Assembly: GCA_009103225.1 (NCBI GenBank)
Contig: RHPI01001464.1
Location: forward strand, 1-46,203
DNA length: 46,203 nt
Direction: 5' to 3'
DNA from: Chlorokybus atmophyticus
Lineage: Eukaryota; Plantae; Mesostigma and Chlorokybus algae
The notes beneath the pieces are model-generated. The model searched no databases, had not been told where the DNA came from, and saw only the letters and a program-made list of their open reading frames with translations. Both the position numbers and the translations under genes were made by a program. Shown piece by piece: positions 1 through 9,858 of the stretch (its first letter is position 1; each line of letters opens with the position of its first letter).

Positions 1-215
1 CCTCAAAGCTGTGGTGTGACGATCAGGATGAGGAGGATGACCTCCCGCCAGCCCCGCCTGCTGGTGGGATGGTCCCCTACGACCAGCCAGTGCAAGCTGC
101 TAGCACAACCCAGGCTGATCGCCATCCCCAACAGCGTCTCTGGTTGGGAGAACTGCTTGAGGATGCGGGTTTCAAGCCTCCTTCTTGACCATAGGAGACG
201 GCGTTCATTGTCCCC

Positions 216-1482
216 GTGGTGCTTGCCAACGCAGGGGACTCCTCTGACTGCTTGTCCCTACCTCTCACGGACACAACACAACGCAGCACGGGGCTGCGTT
301 TTGGCAACCTCCTCCCCTCTGCGCAGGGTGAGGCTGACGGCATGCAACATTGTTGCTCCATACTGCGGGCAACGCTGGAGCAGGCCGGTGTGTCACTAGA
401 CGCCACCAGGGAGGACGCTGAGCTTGAGTCGTCTGTCTCAAACTCAAGCCCACTCGCGGGGGCCACGCCATTGCATCCATGCCTATTCGTTCTTTGCCCA
501 TTGCTTCTTCCTGCCGAGGCATGCCACTAAGCAACGGTGCAGCAGCAATGGGTGTCCTTGTCGGAGTGGCAAGCCCAGGCCCGCCCCAAACTCAGCAAGC
601 ACGGCAAGCCTCGCATCACACCCTTGATGATAGCCTCCGCGATGCGCACAAGGTGGGAGCAACATGCACGCACTCCGCTATCACTGTCTCACCCCTCCTC
701 CTCACACACGGACTTCTCGGAGTCTCCCTACACTACCCCTCGTCCACACCACCCCGCAATGTCCGCCTCCTCATCCCCAATGGACAGCTCCTCCGTTCCC
801 CGCCTCCCTCCCCCATCCCATCACACACCCTTCTAGGAGGCCTCCCCCCCAACGGTAAGAAGAAAATTGCAGCTCTCCCCGTCACACCCCCCTCTCCCCG
901 CAATCACCACCACCCCTTCGGAGAGACTTGCACCCCAGCCGCATGCTCTGGCAGTCCTGGTGTACAAGTATGCGGCCCAGTGCTGGTGGCTGGGTCTGGT
1001 TCGCCAGAACGGCGACAAGCTAACCATCCCGGCTACCTTGCCAGCGGACCCCTCCCCCTCCGACCAAGGTAGGCAGGCGCGGGGGCTGGCTTCGGCCATA
1101 TGGCATGCATGCTGGGCGTCCCGGAGTCTGCACATTTTACTCCAAGCCCGGAGCTCTCATTCATGCACACAACTGCAGACGGCATGCCATACCATGTTCA
1201 CACGTGGTTGTGGCACGACGAGGAAGTAATGTCCCCCCCCCCCCCAACACCTCAGGCGCGGAGGATGTGCTGTGGGTTGATCCACTCCTTGTTGAGGGCG
1301 TTGTGGGAGGCAGCCACGACCTCGTTGAGGCACAGGTGCTGGAGGTGTTAGAGTACGCTTCTCACGTCACCGCCAACACCTCCGCTCAGCACCCTTCTTC
1401 ATGTCCGTCATGGCCTTTGGCTGGCGGAACCCCTCCTCAAGGCGCGCCATCCTTGCGGGAGCGGGTGTTGGGCCTTAACTGA
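216..1482 (+). pseudogene. LINE ORF1 remnant
   Basis: ORFs 216-530, 537-836 and 867-1229 share one frame and are separated by single stops. Frameshifted pieces then run to TGA at 1480-1482, directly upstream of the endonuclease. The call is positional; I recognise no domain. Confidence 0.55.
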
Positions 1483-4400
1483 TGCAAGCGTCTTCAAGTC
1501 TCACGTCCACGTTCTCCGTGTGGACGTGGAATGTTTGAGGCAGGAACGGCAATTAGTCAAGCTTGGCAGGTGCATCTTCGCATGGTCGGCGTCGCATATC
1601 GGCAATCACCCGCTTTTGCTTATGGCCTTCGTCGAAGGATGGAGTCCTTCTGTTGCAAGAGACCAAACTAGGAACGTCACCAGCTGCCCAATGGACGGCG
1701 AAATGTTGTTGGCGGGGCCCGAGTGTGTGGGGCCCTGCGGAAGGCACACGCGAGGGGGTGGCAATCCTGTGCCCACCAGCTTGGCAGGACTATATCATCG
1801 ACACAGGCGTGGCCGTCCCTGCTAGGTGCTGTTGGGTGCGTGTTCGTTGGTTTGGTGGAGTCCTTCTCCTCGCCAGTGTGTATGCACCCTCGAACACCTG
1901 AGAGGCCAGAGACGCTTTCTTCTCTACACTCCCCTCTCTCTTACACGGATTGGTATTTGCTGGGTGGTGACTGGAATTGTGTGGAGGATGTGGATGAGGA
2001 TCGCTCTCGCCACGGTACACTCTCTAGCATGGAAGAAGCAGGTGGTCTTCATGCAAAGGTGGGGGAGATGGACTTGCATGTGTGGCGCAGCTGCAACTCT
2101 GGCACTCGCGCCTTCACTTTGGACAACAGACGTGAGGACACAGGCCGCAGGCTTGCGCGCCTTGATCGGTTTTATGCTTCCGCCACTCTCAGTTCTTTCT
2201 TTGACAGCTCCTCAATCCTGCAGGAGGAGTGGCTGTCTGACCATAAGCCGGTGCATTTATCTATACGCTCTGGCTTGGATGTGGACCAGGGCCCGGGCTT
2301 GTGGAAGCTCAACCCCGCTCTTCTCAAGCGTTCTTCTTTTATGGCAGAGTTGGAAAGTCTGTGGCAGCTGCACCGGCTTACCTCTCCGCACTCCGGGCAG
2401 GCCTACATTCGATGGTTTGAAGCTGGGCTTGCGAAGGTTGCCATGATGGCGCGGAAGCACTGGCACACTGTACGGCAACAACACAATAGGCAGCTACATC
2501 ATCTGCAGGACCAGCTGGGCAAATGTGATGCGGCGTTGTCTGCTAGTCCTGGAGACACAGCCATTCAACTAGAGCACTCCCGTCTGCTGACTAATCTAGG
2601 TGCACTCTCTCGGGTGCTGCAAAAAGGTGCTGCAATACGCTCAAGCGCCCGCTGACGTCTTGAAGGGGAGCGGATGACCTTCTTCTTCTTGCCTAAGGCC
2701 GTTTTCACACTCATGCGCACGTGCTTCATTCTGTCACTCATGCCCATAAGACCTTGCCAACACCGGTGACCAGCAATATTGGTATGTTGGACGAGGTCTC
2801 AGCAGCTCTATCACAAGCTATACACCTCCTCGCCCTCCCCGCCAGCAGCAAAGGCAGCTGTAGCCCGACAGTGTTGGCAGGCATTGAATAGGAAGGTCTC
2901 CGCTCAACAAGCTCAGGTCTTGGAGTCTCCGCTGACGCTGCTTGAGTTGCACGCTGCACTACAGAGCATGCCCCCGCACAAAGCCCCAGGCAAGGACGGC
3001 CTCACCACGGCGTTCTGGCAGACTGCATGGCCTCTGTTACGGGAGGACTATTCTCTTTACTGTCAACAAGTTCTAGCGGAAGGGCGGTTGGGTGAAGGTC
3101 AGCGCGAGGGGGTCATCCTCATGTTGCACAAGAAAGGAGAGAACAGTCTGACCTTTGCAATTGGCGACCCATCACGCTGCTGCCAACTCACTACAAGATT
3201 CTTGCCAAAGCCCTAGCAGTTCGCGTGGCGCCTGTGCTTCCTACGGCAGTCCACCCGTTGCAGGCAGGCTTTGTATGCCACAGGTACATCCTGGACAATG
3301 TGCTAGTGGCCCTGGACGCTATGCGCTGCCCTGTGTGTGCAGCATGCTGCACACACAGGGCAGCACGGTGCTCTTCTCCTGCTAGACTTTGGGAAGGCAT
3401 CTGACCGGTTAGACTGGCACTTTCTAGATGGCGTGCTCTCGCATCTGGGCTTCGGCCCAACCTTTCGGCAATGGGTACGCACGATGAGTGGGGGGAGCTG
3501 GAGCTCGGTGCTAGTGAACGGCCACTTGTCTTCTCCCTTCGCTCTGCACCACAGTGTGAGACAGGGCTGTCCATTGGCTCCCTCTCTTTTCATCCTTGCC
3601 GCTGAGTGTTTCGGTGCTCTCCTTCGCATCACCCCTGAGGTTGAGGGCATACGGTTGCAAAACTCGGATGAACTGCAGGACGAGGCCCACGAGCTGAAGT
3701 ACACATGATACGCGGACGACACGGAGGTCAACATTGCTCTCACCCCGAGCAGCTTCCACGCCCTTCGCAAAGTCCTGGACATGTATTGCTTGGCCTCGAA
3801 TTCCAGTTTCAATCTGAGGAAGTCAAAAGGCATTCTGTTAGGTCCTCCCTCGGATACCCCCCCCCGGACTGGAGGGTGCATTGGTTGTCAGCAGGGGAAG
3901 CGGTCTCTCTTCTTTGTGTTCCCATGGGCATTTCTGTCCACCAGGAACAGCTATTTACCGAGGTGATAGCCAAGATGCGGCGCAAGCTTGAGCTATGGTC
4001 GCGCCAGCACTTATCCTTAGTGGGGCGGGCTCTCACAGCCAACCAGACCGTCCTGTGTCTCTGGTATCTCTCGGCAGCGATAGCCTCTCCCCCAGCGACG
4101 GATCTCAGACAGCTGACCGCCAACTGCAGGGGGTACATATGGCGGCATGACATCGAGCAGCGTGCCAGAGGCGGGCAAGTGAACTGGCCCACTGTTTGCT
4201 TGCCCAAGCGTCTTGGGGGCCTAGGGGTGCTGCACCCGACATGAAACCACGGCTTTACTGGCCAAGTGGGCTGCCCGCTTGATGGACCCTACATGGGTGG
4301 AATGGAAGGTGCTGGGCTTTCATCAGGTTGACATGTGGGGCACTGAGCACCTCCCCTCACGGACTGGCCTTTCTCGCTTGATACGCTGGGTACCTGAAGG

Positions 4401-5886
4401 GGCGTCCCTGTATGCTGTCGGCCTGCCCATGCGGCACCTTCCGGTGCATTGGCGCAACATCTTTTAGGCGTGGATGCAGGTCCGCCCTGCTGCACTGTCA
4501 CCAACAAACTTTAATGAGGCATTGAGACAACCTCTCTTTCAAAATGCACACGTTGTGAACGCGCTCGGCCAGGTAGTGGGTGGCTTTCAGCCTTCCGGGC
4601 GCTACTGGCGGCACTGGGTAGAGGTAGGCTTTCTCACGGTGGCAACGCTTTGGAATAGTGTTCTGCGTCGGCCATATCCGGCTTCTACCCTTGCACTGTG
4701 GGTGCCCTCGGATGCTAGGGCGGAAGAACACGCAGCCGAGCTGTGGAACCTCCTCCCGACAGCTTAGCGCCTGCTGCTGCATGGCGGGAAAGGGTGTCCT
4801 ACTGTTGGAGAGTGGTGGGGCCTTTTCACTCCTTATCACAATGTCAATGCGACACTGCGTGCAGAGTCCACACACGGCCAGCTCTGCACCGGCTTGCTCT
4901 TTCCTCTTGTCAGCGATGAGGGAGACATCCTCGCCCCTCCCTCCCCGTTCACGACTGGCATCCCCACGTTGCAACGCATCCGGGTCCTGCCAGAGCCTGT
5001 GCGCTGGCGAGGCAAGCCCGCCATCGGCTCCCCGGCATGGTTGGCATTGCCCGACACTCAACGCTACCTGGGGTGGCGTGTAGCGGGGGGAGCTCCCTTG
5101 CACATGCTTTACATGGACCCGGCGTTGTCTGTATGGGGAACGCAGGCGTCTTCCCCGCAGCAACCCCTCTCACTATGGGATAACACGGTCAAGTTCGGCT
5201 ACACCCTCCTCAGCACAGCGCACGCACATCAATCGCCCGCATTGCGCCGATGGGACCCTGAGCAACACCGTGTACCGTGGCCAGCTCACTGGTCGCGCCT
5301 GCACAAGACACCCTTGGCGGCCAAGCACCGTTCTTTCTTATGGCTACTGTCACACCGGGCATTGCACACAGGTGACAGGCGCGCCAAGATGAACTTTTCT
5401 GGGGAGTGTATGTCATGCTCTCTCGCAATGTCTTGAAACTCCCGAGCACCTCTTCCTTTGCTGCTCGCTGGTTCGTGCAGTCTGGGCTTAGGTCTCTGCT
5501 CTATGGAGATGCCTTGGCGGCTCCCCTTTTCCCCTCTCCTTTTCCCAGCTCATGTTTCACGCTTCGTTTCCTAGTTCTCACACACAGCTCTGTCCGGTGT
5601 GGACGACTCTTTGCGCATTGACTCTCTGGCACATCTGGGTGGCCAGGTGTTCGATGATGTACTCAGGTTCCTCCCCCTCCTCGACTGTCATTGTGTGCTC
5701 TCTCGCTTCCAGTGTTCAAGTTCGGGCCAAGGAGGAGTGGCTTCTAGTCACGTCCTCGCCACAGGAAGACATTTGACTTGCTCGCTTCACAGCCTTCACG
5801 GACTCGTGGGCTCGCCACTCTATCCTCTGCTCTACAGCTTGCGCTTCTCCTCTTCCTCGGATACACTGGCATGCGCTAGATACTAG
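1482..5886 (+). pseudogene. LINE ORF2 (APE endonuclease, reverse transcriptase, zf-RVT), disrupted
   Basis: ATG at 1482 gives MQASSSLTSTFSVWTWNV*G. In-frame stops lie at 1536, 2653, 3706 (just before YADDT), 4242, 4465 and 4765, with several frameshifts. The 3' end is approximate. Confidence 0.9.
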
Positions 5887-5984
5887 TGTTCGTGATGTGT
5901 TCTCTGTTGATTAGCATGTACTAGCCCTTTTGTTGCCTCCAACTCGTACATGTTTCTTCTTGATACATTTCTATTGTTTAGGTT

Positions 5985-6000
5985 AAAGAAAATAAATAAA
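5985..6000 (+). repeat. A-rich 3' tail of the LINE
   Basis: AAAGAAAATAAATAAA lies about 100 bp after the end of ORF2, following a T-rich 3' UTR. Confidence 0.7.
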
Positions 6001-6330
6001 GTGTACAGAGGCTAAGTAGTAAGCCTCTACAGGTAAATGACAACTGTGCAGTTCAAAGCCGACGGCTAGTTTACGCAATGACCTAGACAAGGCCTAGGTC
6101 AAACTCACAACGGATCAGCTAGTACGGGCTATGACTTGTACTAGGTACCTACTAGGATTGACTCACAACTGCTCAGTGTCGCGCGAGACCCATGCTAATA
6201 GCCGGGGTCGATGCCTGGCTGTAGGCATAGCTGAGTGGAATGCCTCCTGATGCTGGTAGCGCGGGAATGGTGCCTGACTGTAAGCATCAAAGAGAAGGTT
6301 GGCCCCTTCTGGACCGCTTGCGTGACAAGT

Positions 6331-6400
6331 CCTTCACGGTGAGGGCGGAGGCGCATGCAGCCAGAAGCGCTAGAGACAGCATCTAAGCCACTGCCATTGC
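6331..6400 (-). pseudogene. Relic copy of the signal-peptide exon of gene B
   Basis: 6331-6370 matches 29636-29675 at 37/40 nt. It translates MAVA*MLSLALLAACASALTVKD versus MAAWLLLLALLAACASALTVEE, with TGG changed to TAG at 6383-6385. Confidence 0.7.
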
Positions 6401-7691
6401 TGAGGCGAAGCTCTAGATCTCACCATCAACGTCATGCGCTGCAATGCAGTCGAGACAGACAGTTATGCAGCAGCTAGCCATGCTGCTCACAATGGTTGGG
6501 GTGGGGCGTCACAACAGATAGATGAGCATGCAAGCGACGGCAGTTAAAGCAGCAAGTTCGGACGTGAACTGTGTGTATGATCTATACTGTAGGACAGGGA
6601 TTGCTAACTTGCTGACATGCATGTATGTATGCGTATGTTGATCTCTAACAAGAGACTGTGCCTACTTGCAAACACTGTGTTCCTAAGATTGTGTGGATGC
6701 GCATGGCAGTCCAAGTAAACAGTCGCTGTACTCTTGTACTGAGAGTAGTGACTCAAGGCGAGTATGCGAAGCTGCTGCGCGCACGCGTTTGCATGTGCCT
6801 GCTGTGCTTGCCGAGCGTGCATGCATGCGAGTTCGTGATAAGTATGAATGTCGGTGAGTATGCTGTGATGTAAATTTGCACAGTCGCGTTGACAATGTGC
6901 GTCCTTTGAGGATGTCCGTAGGTATGTTCAACAAGTGCATCGCCCATACCTGTATACATGTGTTGTGAAAGGCATTATCCCTTTCACACAGGTAGTCCCT
7001 GTGTGTATGCAGTGCATGCATGTGTATGTGTAGATCGCAGCCCAATTTGCTGGGTAGGATGTTTACTGCAGCAACCTGCAGTCGGTAGCTTTTGCTTTAA
7101 AAATGTGCAGCATTATTAGCACGACCTTAACTCCTAGAATAAGAATATCAACAGCGTGGGAATGGCTGGCAAAGACACTTGTCACGAAGGGTGGTTTGAG
7201 CAGTTACACATGAGCGAGCAATGTCTGCTAATACATGCATGGAAGAAGGCACCAGCCAGCACGAAGACAAAGTTAAAGCTTGCCATGCACAGTGTCACCA
7301 CATGCACATGGCATATTACTGCCAGTGAAGCACCTTGAGGCCAGCAAAGACAAGGACAACGTTGAGCTTACTCTGCATGCAGTATCAGCAACACATCCTG
7401 CATCTGATGCGTATCTAGAATAGCTGGAATCATCACCCAAATCTTATATTAGGGACCGGCATGCATATGTCTCGCCTAAGTCCAACCAGTTTGTTGCAAA
7501 GTAACTTGGGTGTAGCAATACTGCTCGCTCTTGTCTACTTTCTTGGGTCGGGTCTACGGGGTCTAGAAGGTGCCGATTATCAGCTTATTCACCTACGTCA
7601 AATACACCACAGGTGCACACTGAGCGGTACTCTATCCTCCTCCCGCCACTCTCACTAACCAGTAGCGTATCCTGCGCAGCAACAGCAGTAG

Positions 7692-9858
7692 TCAGTTGAC
7701 TGACTCGCCTGCACCACCATCGCACGTGTAGACATCCACTGACACACATGTCATTCTCACACACTTGCACGTGCACACGCGCACCTGCTGAGGCACGCAG
7801 GGCCACAGGCTTTATTTCCATCATACTGCGACGGTCAATGCCAGCGATGTCATCATCATCACCCCAGGCACCAGCATCACTGTCGCCGAGCGCAGCTGCG
7901 TTGCGGTCAGCCACCTTGCGCGCGGCAAAGGTGTCGTAGTCAAACAGGCCCTGCACCTCTGCCAACCGCAGCATACAGTACTGTCAGTGACAACAAAGCT
8001 CGAGCTGATAGTGGAAACTACGTGTACACTCACCATAGTCGCTGGGCGAGCCTCGGACGACGCCGGCACCGTTTTCGCCATCGCCAACCATCCCGCCGCC
8101 CTCGCGTGCGGTCTGGCCCAGAACGCCATCGATCTCCGGCGACGCCTGGATGAAGGGGATGTCCAAGTCCAGCCCGTAGAAGTTGGCGTACACCACCACC
8201 TCCGCGACCTCCGTCTTTATCGTGACCGCCGTGATCAGATCACCCTGCCCAAGAGACAGCATGAGCGTGAGCGTGAGCTGCTTCGCCCCACCTAGGCCCA
8301 ACTGCTGCATGGCCTACCTGGCGTCGGAATACAACGCAGGCGTCATTGGCGCACGCGTCAATACCCGCCAGCACATGACCGTCGCGTGAGGTCACCACAA
8401 GGCCCTGGCTGCTTTCGTTGCGGGAGCCCACGATATTGTCGTGTGCAACAACCAGGTCGACACCAGGCGCGTGCACCGCCATCGCGGTCATGTACGTGCG
8501 GAATTCGTTGGTCCGTCCACCGCGGTAGAGGTCGCGCTCGGAGAAGTGCGCCACTACGGCCAGGTTGGTCTGCAGATCAAAGACGAGCACGTAGTCGCAA
8601 CCAGATGCGCCATTGTTGGTGCCTTGGAAGTTGAAGACTTGGCCGTGGAAACCCACAAAGTGCGGGTCTTTCTTGCCAGAGCCGGCTGCAATGCAAACAC
8701 AACATGATGCTCACACGTGTACCTAGATGGTGAGCAGTGCATGCATTCCCCGATAGCATAAAGGTGGATGTACGCACCTCCGCCAAATTCGAAACTGTAA
8801 CCGTAGTGATAATGAAAGTGAAATTTATTCAAGAAGTTTGAAAACCATCCGCCGGAGCTGTCAGGCGGGGATGGTGGGGGATTCTGCTTTTTGGGGGGGG
8901 TGGGAGGGGGGTTCTGCTTGGGCGGGGGCTTTGGAGTAGTTTTGCCATTGTTCCCCCTTTTCCTGTTGGTAGTGTGGTCCTCCACCGTCGCGGCAGATGA
9001 GGACGCCGTCTGCGAGCTTGCGTCCTTGGCCAGGGTCACATTGAAGTAGTTGGTGAGGAACTTGGCCGCCAGCGGGCTGTACCCGGGGGTGTACAGGGCA
9101 TAGTCGTACGCCTCCTTCTCCACGCCTGTCAGAAACGCGTAGTACTCTTCTGTGGCGGCGGGGGCTGGAGCAGGCACTGAATCCAACGCGGCAAGCAGCT
9201 TGCGGGCTCCCCCCTTGCTCGCTGCGGTCTTCACCTGAGACGTGAACACACACTCAGACTTTGCACGCGCGCTGGCACAACACGTACATGCATGGGCCGC
9301 TTATATATGCGCATGTGTTAGGGCCGGCACTCACGTCGGGGAGGTCATAGAGGAGAGCGTAGGCGATGATGTTGGGCGTGCTGCCCTCCACGAACAAGAC
9401 GTCTTGGTCGGTGAGCTTTGGGAGGGGGAACTCGGCGTCGTCGAACACGAACTTGATGCTCGTATGGAAGTCCTTTGGCACGGGCACCGAGGGGTCAGAC
9501 CCGAAGTCGTAGCGCACAATGATCAACAGGCTGTACGAGGCCCCGAAGTCGAACAGCACCGTGATTGTCTCGGTCACCTGCCACAGACGCAGGAACAGAG
9601 TGAGCATAAGCATCCGCTGGCCACCGCTGCAGGTTGTTGCCGATTGCTTACCACAGTGGCGTTGGGGTCCGATGCTGTAATACTGCGCTTGACATTCGCC
9701 GAGTAGTAGCGGGATTTCGCCGGTGGCGGGGGGCCACCTGGGCCGACGACGACCTTGGACGGCGCAGAGACGGCCGGTTGCAAGAGGAACGCAGCGCACA
9801 GCATCAGCACCATGGCGCACGTGCACGACAGTGGCCATGCCGGCTTGGGGGAAGCCAT
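7692..9858 (-). CDS. Gene A: secreted protein (~558 aa) with signal peptide, unknown N-terminal domain, Pro/Lys-rich hinge, VWD/root-cap-like domain and acidic tail; 7 exons
   Basis: Exons 9858-9652, 9577-9335, 9234-8778, 8685-8318, 8244-8034, 7958-7785 and 7708-7692 are all GT-AG and phase-consistent (1677 nt, no internal stop). The N-terminus is hydrophobic (MVLMLCAAFLLQPAVSA). Splicing reconstitutes KKDPHFVGFHGQVFNFQG...YVLVFD...VVAHF...RTYMTAMAV, resembling the DPxFxGxDGxxFxFxG start of plant root-cap/VWD-like domains. Confidence 0.82.

Larger units (their letters stand above)
1..6000 (+). mobile_element. Decayed L1-clade (L1/Tx1-like) non-LTR retrotransposon; 5' end lies outside the window
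   Basis: Motifs occur in the expected order. APE endonuclease: WNV*G, LLLQETK, LGGDWN, RLDRFY, SDHKPV, GLWKLN. RT: KAPGKDG, LLLDFGKASDRLDW, VRQGCPLAPSLF, YADDT. C-terminal zf-RVT/CCHC: FLWLLSHRALHT..CMSC..ETPEHLFLCC. An A-rich tail follows at 5985-6000. Confidence 0.93.

Noticed and set aside
6604-7045. Short ORFs in TGCA/CA-rich sequence, and similar ones at 28200-28350
   Set aside because: This is low-complexity intron-like or intergenic DNA that yields C/M/H/A-rich spurious peptides.
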